Source of the DNA: Octopus sinensis
Taxonomy: Eukaryota
Assembly: GCF_006345805.1 (NCBI RefSeq)
Contig: NC_043005.1
Span: 89,776,001 to 89,840,000, forward strand
Length of the DNA: 64,000 nucleotides
Reading direction: 5' to 3'
This document shows positions 11,880-24,760 of the stretch, piece by piece; position 1 is the stretch's first letter; each line of letters starts with the position of its first letter. The notes below the pieces were generated by a model. That model was not told the DNA's origin, ran no database searches, and worked only from the letters and a program-made list of their open reading frames with translations. The position numbers and the translations under genes are program-made.

Positions 11880-12820
11880 AGAGGTGCAGTAATATCAAAG
11901 GAAGGCTAACTGGGAAGATAGTTTTTTGTATGTAGCAAATACTCAGGAGCAATAAACACTGAAAATGTGCAGAGAACAAATTCCGTCACATTCCAGGGAG
12001 AAAAACTTCAAGTAGTTGATAGCTTCCGTTGCCAAGGTGACCAAGTCAGTAGCGTGCGTGGACTAGACTAGGTAAAGTTCAGAGAGCTCCTACATCTGCA
12101 GGTGACAAAGGGCCTCTCGCTCAAGGGAAAAGGTAGACTGTATGACGCATGTGTACAAGCAGCCATGCTACATGGAAGTGATGCATGGGCCATGACTGCG
12201 GAGGATATGCGTAAGCTTGCAAGGAACGAAGCCAGTATGCTCCAATGGATGTGTAATATCAGTGTGCATACTCAACAGAGTGTAAGTACCTTGAGAGAAA
12301 AGTTGGACTTAACAAGCATCAGATGTGGTGTGCAAGAGAGACGACTGCACTGGTATGGCCATGTGGCGAGAATGGATGAGGACAGCCGTGTGAAAAAGTG
12401 TCACACCCTAGCAGTTGAGGGAACGTGTGGAAGAGGTAGACCCAGGAAGACTTGGGATGAGGTGGTGAAGCACGACCTTCGAACATTGGGCATCACCGAG
12501 GCAATGACAAGCGACCGAAACTTTTGAGATATGCTGTGATCGAGAAGACCCAGCAAGCCCAGTGGGGACAATAACCCGTGGCCGATGCTAGGTGTATAAC
12601 CATCCCACTTATGAGTACCCTTCATTCATTGGACAATAAACTATGTTTGCGAAGACTTGTTGAGGCAAGTGAAATCGAAATCGCTGTCGTGGCCGATGAG
12701 AGTACCGCCTGATTGGCACCCTACCCATGGAACGTTAAAAGCACCATTCGATCGTGATCGTTGCCAGCGTTACCTTGTTGGCTCCTGTGCCGCTGGCACG
12801 TAAAAAAACGCCATTCGATT
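11880..12820 (+). mobile_element. RTE-clade LINE 3' fragment (RT C-terminus + 3'UTR)
   Basis: ORF 12102-12527: KGRLYDACV..AMLHGSDAW...RLHWYGHVARMDEDSRVKKC...GRGRPRKTWDEVV. Confidence 0.8.
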
Positions 12821-13020
12821 TAGAACCTGCGGACTTCCATCTCTTTCCTAAGATGAAAATGCAGGTCAAAGGTCACTGTTTTAACAGCGTTGTTGAGATG
12901 AAGAGTGAATCGCAGAAGGTCCTCAACTAATGGAAAACAACTTCCAGGCCGGATTCCAAAAGTGGCAGGAACACCTGGACCGGGGTGCATTGCTGGGCAA
13001 GGCAACTATTTTCAAGGAGA
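12820..13020 (+). mobile_element. Mariner transposase C-terminal fragment (partly duplicated at ~13325-13462)
   Basis: Reads DLEPADFHLFPKMKMQVKGHCF...NFQAGFQKWQEHLDR, similar to the mariner 'DLAPxDFxLF' motif. Confidence 0.7.
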
Positions 13021-13729
13021 GGAGGTTAAAAACTGAGATAATAAGTTATTTTTTTATTAAACATAACTACTCCAGGATACCATCTCATCTCTCCTCTCTC
13101 TCTCTCTCTCTTCTCTATGTATGACTTCATTCATTGGACAATAAACTATGTTTGCGAAGACTTGTTGAGGCAAGTGAAATCGAAATCGCTGTCGTGGCCG
13201 ATGAGAGTACCGCCTGATTGGCACCCTACCCATGGAACGTTAAAAGCACCATTCGATCGTGATCGTTGCCAGCGTTACCTTGTTGGCTCCTGTGCCGCTG
13301 GCACGTAAAAAAACGCCATTCGATTTAGAACCTGCGGACTTCCATCTCTTTCCTAAGATGAAAATGCAGGTCAAAGGTCACTGTTTTAACAGCGTTGTTG
13401 AGATGAAGAGTGAATCGCAGAAGGTCCTCAACTAATGGAAAACCTTCCAGGCCGGATTCCAACCGCTTACCGTGATGTAAATCATTACTTAATCTGTCCG
13501 TTGACTCTCAAATCTCTTTCCTGACTTTTTTTTCAACTTTTTTCTATTGTTTTCAAACTGTCTTCACCCTGTTTCTTCTTTCGTTGTTTTCCTGTTGTCT
13601 CTCTCTCTTTTTCCTGCTTCGCCACCACCCACCTTTACCTGTTTGCCACCACTTCTCATCATGCCTGACTTGCACTCGTTCGTCCAACACCTTCAATCCC
13701 TCCTCAGCCGCTACCCCTGGCACCCTGCG

Positions 13730-16700
13730 TTCTCTCTCCCCCCCAATGTTCCGCACCTGCTATAAAACTTTCCCGCTTGCTTTTTAAGAAACCCGGCCAC
13801 TCTAGTCATCTTTCCTTTCTTAGCGGTTGCCTCCGCCATCATGTCCACACCCCCCCGCGGTTTCCTCTTGAAGTTCCACGCTACCCCCTATTCCTCCCCC
13901 TTCATCGAACCCACCCTCGCTCGGACCTCCCGCTCCCTCCTCCGCGCCACCATCCGCTCCACCGCCCCCTCCTTGACTCCCTCGACCATCAACTTCCCCA
14001 GGCCTACCTCCTTCTCTCCGCCCTCTGCCCTCCACTCTTCACCCAACCTATCCTCCGCTTCATTCTTAATCTCAACCACCAACTCTACAACCACCTCACA
14101 CACAAAAAAAACAAAAAAACTCCACCTCCTCCTCAACCCCTCACCTCCTTCCCCATCCTCCCCACTGTCCCCCCCCCTCCTTCGCACCTACCCCACCCTT
14201 CACGGACCCCCCCACCGTGACCTTCCTACGCCTAACCCATCTTCACCCAACCACCCCTACCCTCCCCTTCACACCCCTGCACCCCCTCCGCCTGCCCCTA
14301 GTCCTCCCACCACCCGCTTCCTCGCGCTGTTGTCACTATACCCCCCACCTCCCCCTCTCCGCGCTGAGCGCTCCCTCCTCAGTAAAGGTCTCCGCTTCAC
14401 GCCACTCACGCGCCACTGTGATGAGTTCGAGACTCGGGCGGACGTCAACCTGTTCCTGCGCCGCCTCAAACTTCGCGCATACTACCACGCGTCCCCGCAG
14501 CGTCAAAACAATCAGGATTGCCTTTTGGAGCTGGGGCGTCCGTCCATCCATCTGGACGCCGCCCCCAGGCCTTTTCAGTAGCCTAGATTCGTTTGTACAT
14601 GACTGCAACGCTTTGGTCCACCGTTTCAACTTTGAACCAAGACCCCGCCGAGCCAACCTCACTCGGGCCGCCGAATCCATTGCCCTTCGCCACCTCCGCC
14701 GTCGTGATGACATTGTCATCAAACCGGCGGACAAAGGCGGGCAGGGTAGTGTGGCGCGCGGACCTATACAGGGAGGAAGCGCTCAACCAGCTTCAAAATC
14801 CACTCTTCTATCGCCTCCTCCCCTCCGATCCCACCTCCTCCTACCAACAACGAGTGTCCTCCACCATCCACGACCTCATCTCCTCCTCCGCTCTCCCCCT
14901 CACCGCCACCAACCTCATCGTCCGCACACCCGCACCTCCACCATCTACTTCCTCCCAAGATCCATAAACCCTCTAATCCTGGCGTCCCATAGTCTCTGCT
15001 GTAATTGCCCCACTGAACTCATCTCCCTATACCTCGACCGCATCCTGTCCCCCTTAGTCGCAGCCCTCCCATCCACATACACGACACCAACCACGCCCTC
15101 CGTCTCTTCAATTCCTTTTCCTTCCTTCCAGCCCCTCAAACCTCCTCTTCACTTAGATGTAAAAATCCCTGTACACAGTGATTCCCCACAATGACGGTCT
15201 CCTAGCCCTCCAACACTTCCTCGACCGTCGTCCCGACCCCACCCCCAGCACCCCCACCCTTCTCCGTTTGGCCGAGCTCGTCCTCACCCTCAATTGCTTC
15301 ACGTTCGCCGGGGAAACGTACCAACAGGTGTCCGGGGTCGCGATGGGAACTAGGAGGGCCCCAATTTCGCCAATCTCTTTCTGGGCTACATTGAGGCCCA
15401 AGTGTCTCCCAGTTCTCTGGGCCGACCCCCGAACTATACGGTCGCTATAACGACGACTGCGTAGGTGCCACCTCCCTTTCCCGTGAACTTCTCTGCCAAT
15501 CATCTCTTTCCTTCCAACTTTCACCCCTCCCTTCAATTCACCTCCACCATCTCCAACACCTCTGTCAACTTCCTTGACATCTCTCTCCGCATCGATCACC
15601 CCTCCAGATCTCTCACCACCACCGCCTTTTTTAAACCTACGGATTCCCACCTCTATCTCAACTTCTCTTCCTCCCACCCCTTCCACACCAAACGAGCCAT
15701 CCCCTACTCCCAGTTCCTCCGCCTCCGACGTTTGTGCAGCCGCGACCAGGATTTCGAGACCCAATCTCAATACCTGGCCCGCATGTCAGACTCCGAGGTT
15801 ACCCCACCCCATACTCCTCTCTGATGCCCTCACCCGCGCCCGTCGCATCGACCGCACTACCGCCCTGTCTCCTTCCCCCGCCCACCCCCAACCGCACCCC
15901 CTTCCCCCTCCTTTTCCACCCCTCTACCCTACCCCTCGTCGCAAGATACTACGTGCCTTCCGTCGCCTCCAGCTTGATCCCACCACCCGCCCCATTTTCC
16001 CTAACCTACCCTGTCCTCTTTCAAACGAGCCCGCAATCTGCGTGACCTCCTGGTCCACAGAACCCCTCTCCTTCCCCCTCAGCCCCACACGGATCATTCC
16101 TTGCTCTAGATCCCGCTGCAACACTTGCCCCTTCATCACCAACACCACCGCTGTCACCGGCTCCAACCTGCACACTGTACGCATTAGGCACTCTTTTACG
16201 TGCACCTCGTCTGGCCTTATTTACTGCATTAAATGCAAACTATGCGGGATGCTGTATGTAGGACAGACGGGACGCCGGTTGTCCGACCGTTTCACTGAGC
16301 ACTTAAGGGACGTTCGCCTACACTCTCTTTCTCCCGTCGCACGCCACTTCCGCTCGGCCGGCCATTCCCTAGATGACATCTCAGTGTTTGGTCTCGCCCC
16401 CCACCAAGGTCGCCCACTTTCCAGGCTCCACTTGGAGCAACGCTACATCTTCACCCTACAAAACTACCACCCCACACGGACTTAACCACAGCCCCCTCCT
16501 CTTGAGATCTGTTTTTTTTTTTTTTTTTTTTTTGGCACACCACCCACACAACCCACCCACCTGCCTCCCACACGCACACCACCCACCACTCCCACACACA
16601 CCCCACACCTACCTCCCACACGCCTGTTCACACACACACATACGTAGACCATACGTACATACATTCACACCTTTTCACCACACACAGACAATACTAGCAC

Positions 16701-19700
16701 ACACTAACATACAAACCAACATGCACATACACACACACATACATACATACGCACACACACACACTACTACACTACTGTTACACACACATACTAGACACAT
16801 ACTACATACACATTACATTTAATCACCACACACTTACAGACATACTAGCACACACAACATACAAACACATACATACACACACACATAATTACGCACACAC
16901 ATACATACTTACACACACACACACAACAGACATACATCACACATACACACACACATACATACGCACATACATACACACACACTCACCCACACACACACCG
17001 CACGTACATACTTCACACACACACATGCAAACATACATGTAGGCACATACATACATACATGCCCCACACATGCACACCCTTACACTGAATGCACACACAC
17101 ATACACCTTTTTGCATCCAGGCAGCCCCCCCTCTTTTCTGCTTTCCGGTTTTGGCTGATGGATCCTCGGTTCCCGCGTAGCGGGGGCGTTCGAGGGCCTT
17201 TGCGCTCGCGCGCCTTGGCGCGCGCTGGGGGCTTGGTCGGCCCCTTGGGCTTGCGTTGTACTGCTTGCGTTTGTGTGCGTGAGCGCGCTTTGTGCGTGTG
17301 GGCTTGCTTCGGATGTGCGCGTACGTATGTATGCATACATACCCACACACTCGCATGCATCCCTACCCACATTAATACACGCACACCTACTCACACACAC
17401 ACATACACACACATACCTGCACACACACACACACTACCTACACATACACTACATACCTACTTCAGACATACACACACAGACATACACCCATACACTCACC
17501 TCACACGCATACACACACACACATACACACGCACACGTACACATACACCACACACACACACCTACATACATACATTACACTTGTATACACACACACTTAC
17601 ATTCATACACACACACACCTACACAGCCATACCTCACTCAGACACACACATCTACTACACACACACACAAACACACACGGACACACACCCATACATACAT
17701 ACATCTACACACCACACGCCTACACACATACATACACACATACATAAACACACACACATACACATATACACACATACGCACACACACATTACTTATACAC
17801 ATGCAGCACCACACACACATACATACATACACCCATATACATACATACACACATACCCACATACTCCTATACGCACATACATACACAAAGACATACACCT
17901 TACACACACTACACAAACATACACACACACATACTTACACACACACTCACCTGCACGCGCACACACATGCATGACAAACACCCATACATCACACTCACAT
18001 ACGCACACACCAACATAAACACGCACACGCACACACACACCTACACTCCCACACAATACACACGCATAACACACACGCACATACACACGTACACACACAC
18101 ACCACACATACACATGCATACACACACACACACAAAATGCACGGACAACCTAGAATACACACACATACACCTATAACACACGCCCACACACCTACATACA
18201 CACACATATACACACGCCCACACACCTACATACACACAAATACATACACACACATACACGGACACACACCCACACATACTTACATACATACACCTATACA
18301 CACACGCCTACAACACCTACATACACACACATGCATACACACACACACACATGTACGCACATACACACACATATACGCACATACTATATACCACACAACA
18401 TGCACACACACCACACATACGCACATGCATGCATGCATGCACACGCGCACACCTACACGCATACACACACACACACGCACGTACACATACATACATACAC
18501 ACACGCATACATACACCCATACACATACATGCATCCGACACACACATACATACACACTCACACATACATACACACACACACACTCACTCACAACTGTATG
18601 TACGCGCACACACATGCACATACACACACTTCCCCACCCCACACGTACATACATACACACTCACACACATACACACACACACACACACACACGGACATAC
18701 ATATCTATGCACACACATACATACACACATACTCACATACATTCATCGGACACACTGCCACCCAGACATACACACAGACACACTCACACATCCACACACA
18801 TACATACTTACGGCGATACTCGCAGGCACGCGCACACACGCACTTGCGCCGGCTCGCGCTGCATACGCGCCGCATACACCTCGCCCTTGGACCTGACGAG
18901 ACCTCCCGCCCGTTCCTGGGACCGTCCGTGTCGTGGGTTTTCCCACGCCCTGTCTCCGCGGGACCACTCTCCATCTTCCCCTCAGCTGGAGTCCTTTTTC
19001 CTAACCCCCCCTTTTTTCGTTACACAACACGCGCACACATATACACACCTTGCTATATATATATACATCACTCTTACACACATTCAATCTACTCGCCATT
19101 AATACCACCACGACACTGACACACACACACACTACTACTCAACACACGCTGGCACGCTACATACCGCCCCCAACCCTTCCCTCCCTCCCTTCCTCCTTCC
19201 CTTCTTTTTCTTACTACTGACCTCCCTTCCTCCTTCCTTCTTTTTCTTACTATGACCTCGTCTGCTAGCTGACACTTAGTCTCGCCCTACCCCACACGCC
19301 TACACAAGACGCCACACTAACACACACATAAATTTTTTGTTTTTTCATCTCGCCTCACACACACACATACACACACGCACACGCACACACTCACACAATA
19401 CACAAAATCTGTTGGGTTACCAACCTTGTCTCCACTTTTTGCCTTTAAAAAACCACTTTGCTCTTGTTATCGTCAACATCCGCCTTTCACCATGTGCAAC
19501 TCGTAAACACCAGTCGTCTTTTTTCTCTTTCACTGTTGCCCGCTCTGGGATCTTTCTTTCCTCTCTCTTCCTTCTTTATGTTTCCGACGAAGAGCTCCGC
19601 TCGAAACGTCATACTCCCTGCTTCCATCTCCTGAGCGCCTATTAATAATAATACTGTAATTGTTCCGGTTTGTTGTTGTTTTTTTGTTTCCCTTTTGGAT

Positions 19701-19850
19701 TAAAATTTATATATATTATATATATAATATATATATACCTCCCTGCTTCCATCGCTGAGCGCCTATTAATAATAATACTGTAATTGTCATGTTGTTGTTG
19801 TTTTTTTGTGTCCCCTTTTGGCTTTAAAATTATATATATATAATATATAT
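13730..19850 (+). mobile_element. Penelope-like retroelement: frameshifted RT + GIY-YIG ORF (~13730-16485), long CA-rich 3' region, pseudo-LTR-like end
   Basis: Motifs VIKPADKGG, FAGETYQQVSGVAMGT, HPFHTKRAIPYSQFLRLRRLCS, CNTCPFI, LIYCIKCKLCGMLYVGQTGRRLSDRFTEH; hammerhead-like motif at 19584-19610; duplicated tail at 19615-19720 / 19738-19840. Confidence 0.9.
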
Positions 19851-19858
19851 ATAATATA

Positions 19859-19897
<39 letters not shown>

Positions 19898-19943
19898 TAA
19901 ATATAAATATATTAAAAAGGAGATATGGAAACACAGTTGTGAT

Positions 19944-20178
19944 ATATAAAAGGAAATGAAGAAAATGCTGACAAAATAATTTAAGTAAGGGAGAGTGGAT
20001 TTAATTAGGTGAAGTTCTTTTTACCAGTTGCGCATGTGTTAGGAACTCTATCTCACTCAAAATATCTTTTGATAAGCATAAACAAATGCGCAACCGGTAA
20101 AAAGAACTTTCACCTAATTAAAATACCTCCCCTTACTTAAATTATTTTGTAAGCATTTTCTTATTTCCTTTTTTTATA
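19944..20178. repeat. Imperfect foldback (~97-bp arms, 40-nt spacer) between (TA)n tracts
   Basis: 19944-20040 is the reverse complement of 20081-20178 with several mismatches. Confidence 0.75.
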
Positions 20179-20225
20179 TATAAATATATATATACATATA
20201 CACACTCACACACACATACACAACA

Positions 20226-20269
<44 letters not shown>

Positions 20270-20286
20270 TAACATATATATATTAC

Positions 20287-20327
<41 letters not shown>

Positions 20328-20565
20328 TATAATACACATACAAAATAAGAAAATGGAGAAGCACATCTCAATCATGATCAACTACCAGATAATACCCAAT
20401 CACATAATTTATTAACCACTACATATGACATTAAGGTCAAACATAATAATATAGAACAAAACATGTACATGAAAGAGTAATATGATCCAATAAGTATTTA
20501 TTAAACAGTATGTATAAGTGAATAAAATAAATGACCAAATACAGTAATAAGTATAAATAAATACT

Positions 20566-20695
20566 ACATCTTACAGCTGTTTCGGCCATGCAGATATGGG
20601 TGTCTCATTATGCTCATATTAGCCATATGTGATAGGTCAATATGTAGTTATAAATGAGACACTTACAAAAATAACCCAAGGCCTCTTCAGAGTTT
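20566..20695 (-). ncRNA. Type I hammerhead with 92-nt loop II insert and weakened stem I
   Basis: Minus strand: CTGAAGA-GGCC...GGCC-GAA-ACAGCTGT-A; the insert has a 10-bp hairpin GTGTCTCATT/AATGAGACAC; stem I only partly paired. Confidence 0.65.
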
Positions 20696-21228
20696 ATGAA
20701 ATACAAACTAAATTAAATATGAATATCAGAGGAGGTACACCCATACAAGAGTGGGTACATACCCATAATATATAATATACACATACATATGAGTGAATAT
20801 GCCCATACTCCAATACATATATATATACATATACATAATAATATAAATCAATATACATACATATGTTCTATATTCAATGTTACAGTTGGTCAATACAATA
20901 TTATGATATCACAATGTAGAAAGCATACACATATTCATATTCAAGTGCAGATATACAAAGTCCAGAGTACATTATATTAAGTTACAAAATGTCATTAATA
21001 TTAACATCATTACTATTATCATTACCACTACTGCTATTAATATCATTATTATTATTATTAATAACATTAATACCAGCAAAACAATATATGCATCACACGG
21101 TTAGCAACATAATAGCAAAAACAACAACAATAATACTACAGTACCATATACATATATATATACATATATATATATACATATACATACATATATATACATA
21201 TATATACATATATATACATATAATATAC

Positions 21229-21294
<66 letters not shown>

Positions 21295-21305
21295 ATATAT
21301 TATAC

Positions 21306-21341
<36 letters not shown>

Positions 21342-21378
21342 ATATAAAAATAATATATATATGTATATACATGTATAA

Positions 21379-21425
<47 letters not shown>

Positions 21426-21509
21426 CATATATATACACACGTCCTCGCGTTGTACTTTCTCTTTGTGTTTTCATGCTTGGATTCACTACATATATACATA
21501 TATACATAT

Positions 21510-21567
<58 letters not shown>

Positions 21568-21568
21568 C

Positions 21569-21616
<48 letters not shown>

Positions 21617-21621
21617 ATATG

Positions 21622-21701
<80 letters not shown>

Positions 21702-21794
21702 CATACATACATACATACATACATACATACATACATACATACATACATACATACATACATACACACAAACACACACACATATTTATATATATAA

Positions 21795-22290
21795 TCGAAA
21801 TCAAGTTTGATGACAGTACCACTTGACTGGCATCCGTGCTAGTGGAGCGCTAATAGTACCATCCGAGCGTCATCGTTGCCAGGGCTGCAGACTGGCTCCC
21901 ATACCGGTGGCACGTAAAAAGTATCATTCGAGTGTGATCGTCACCAGCGTCGCCTTACTGGCACTTGTGCTGGTGGCACATGAAAGACAACATTCGAGCG
22001 AGGTAGTTGCCAGTGCCGCTAGACTGGCTCCTATGCAGGTGGCACGTAAAAAGCACCTTTTGAGCGTGGGCGTTGCCAGTACCGATCAACTGGCTCTCGT
22101 GCCAGTGGCATGTAAAAGCACTCACTACACTCTCGGAGTGGTTGGCATTAGGAAGGGCATCGAGTTGTAGAAACTCTGCCAGATCAGATTGGAGCCTGGG
22201 TCAGCCATCTGGCTCGCCAGCCCTCAGTCAATCTGACCAACCCATGGTAGCATGGAAAGCGGACATTAAACGACGATGACGATGATGATA
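21795..22290 (+). mobile_element. RTE-type LINE 3'UTR copy ending in (GAT)n
   Basis: Repeated 'ggcacgtaaaaagcacc' motifs; tail ...ggacattaaacgacgatgacgatgatga. Confidence 0.6.
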
Positions 22291-22328
22291 TATATATATA
22301 CATATTTATACATACATGCATACATACA

Positions 22329-22381
<53 letters not shown>

Positions 22382-22799
22382 TATATATATACATATGTAT
22401 ATATACACACACACATATATATATATATATACATATATATACCTATACATATATTATATATATACATATATATATATATATGTAGTGTGTATATATATAT
22501 ATATATATATACATATCACACACACACAGGCACACTGCCGTTTAATGTCCACTTTCCATGCTGGTATGTGTTGGACGGTTTGACTGAGGACTGGCGAACC
22601 AGAAGGCTACACCAGGCTCCAATCTGATCTGGCAAAGTTTCTACAGCTGGATGACCTTCCTAACGCCAACCACTCCGAGAGTGTAGTAGTTGGTTTTATG
22701 TGCCACCTGCACGAGGGTCAGTCAGGCGGTGAATAAATAAGCATTACTTTCAACAGAATAATCTACATGAGAAAGAGTTAAGTTACAACTTACAGAGAA

Positions 22800-23143
<344 letters not shown>

Positions 23144-23186
23144 CTATTTATAGCAATGGGTGTCCACATAGTGGTTTCCCTCTAAT

Positions 23187-23224
<38 letters not shown>

Positions 23225-23225
23225 T

Positions 23226-23304
<79 letters not shown>

Positions 23305-23425
23305 GTAACAAATTTTTTAAACCTTCAGTTTTTTATGCTAGACCACTGGTGTGAAATCGATGTCAATTAAATTAATATCTAATTTCTCACCCTTTTAAAT
23401 TTTATCACCATTTAAAATTTTATAG

Positions 23426-23459
<34 letters not shown>

Positions 23460-23461
<2 letters not shown>

Positions 23462-24200
23462 AGAGTTTATGAAAAAAACAAAAGACGAAGACAGGTGGTG
23501 TACAAAACAAACAGATGTATTAGTATAACGCTCAGGAATAGAAAAAGTCTGTTACGTTTCGAGCCTACGATCTTCTACAGAAAGGGATACAGAAAAAAAC
23601 AAGGAGAGAAAAAAATGTGTGTAGTGGCTAACGATCTATCATGGCGACTGACTTCGGACAGAAGGGTTACACACGAGAGGGAAGAAGTAGGGGAGATAAC
23701 AAAGTAAAAATGGGATGTCGGTTCGGCTGAGGGTTGGGGTAAAGTTGGGGTTTGTGGGTAGGCCGAGGATGGGGGTAGAGGTGGGGTATGTGGGAGAGGG
23801 TGTGTGGGATAGGATGGGATGGGGATGGAATGGATGGGAATGATAGGGAAGGTGGAGTAGAAATGTGTAAAGGTGGGTGGGCTTATGGGGAGAGGGGAAG
23901 GTGGGTATGTGAGGAGAGAGAGGAGGAGAGAAGAGAGTAAGAGAGAAGAGAGAAAGAGAGGGTGAAAAAGTAAGAGGGAAGAGAGAAAGAGAATAAGAGA
24001 GAAGAGAGAAAGAGAGAAGAGAAAAAGAGAGTAAGAAAGAAGAGGGAAAGAGAGTAGGGATGAAGAGAAGTAGGAGTGAAGAGAAGTAGGAGTCGGGGCA
24101 AGAGAGGAGAGTTGGGTGGGAGGAAGTAGGAGGGTGGGGGAGAGAGGCAAGGGGAGGAGTTTAGATGAAGAGGGGAGGAGAGTTGAGCCCAAATGGCGTG
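23460..24200 (-). mobile_element. PLE 3'UTR/pseudo-LTR fragment (same family as 34030-34590)
   Basis: Shared 'gaagagcgtaggctcgaaacgta..agactt...gagcgtta' tail motif. Confidence 0.55.
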
Positions 24201-24617
24201 TGTATATACACACACACACACAAACTCATACATACACACTCACACTCAAACCCATTAATACATTCTGTGCACTGCACACATTCATATAGTGCAACATAGT
24301 ACTATAACTTACTTAAACTCGCACACATACGCACATACATACACATACACACCTGACCACGTACACTCTTTTTCTCTTTGTCTTTTTCCTTCCCTCTCTC
24401 ACTTGCATACAACACCCAATCTCAAACGCTAGTCTTTCACTCATATTCCTTCCACTCTCCCCCATACCATCACTTACACTCGATAGGTACTCTCACTTGC
24501 ATACCTGATATGTATATGTATGTATGTATGTATGCATGAAAGGAGATAGCCAGAGGCAGATACATTTAGAAATTTCTTGAAGCAGACGACACATTTGTTC
24601 TGAGAGGTTTGTTCACC

Positions 24618-24760
24618 ATGGACTACGAAGAAGTGATTGGCACAATTGGAGGATGTGGACTTTATCAGAGACTGATGCTAGCTTTCCTCTTCTCTTCAAC
24701 CATTATGGATGGTTTACAAGTTGGAAGCATGGTTTTTATTGCACCTGACTTAGATTACAG
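24618..24760 (+). CDS. SLC22: SLC22-family transporter paralog B, coding exon 1
   Basis: caccATGg; MDYEEVIGTIGGCGLYQRLMLAFLFSSTIMDGLQVGSMVFIAPDLDY; ends AG|gtaag (phase 2), matching exon 2. Confidence 0.9.

Noticed and set aside
17145-17185. CTGATGG-ATCC...CGCGTAGC possible hammerhead remnant
   Set aside because: Lacks A9 and the GAAA; too degenerate to call.
18885-18930. GGAC-CTGACGA...GTCC possible hammerhead
   Set aside because: No GAAA or stem III can be placed.
16937-19119. Long His/Thr- or Val/Cys-rich ORFs (and similar YI/IY and poly-I ORFs elsewhere)
   Set aside because: Translations of CA/TA/ATT microsatellites that lack stop codons; not genes.
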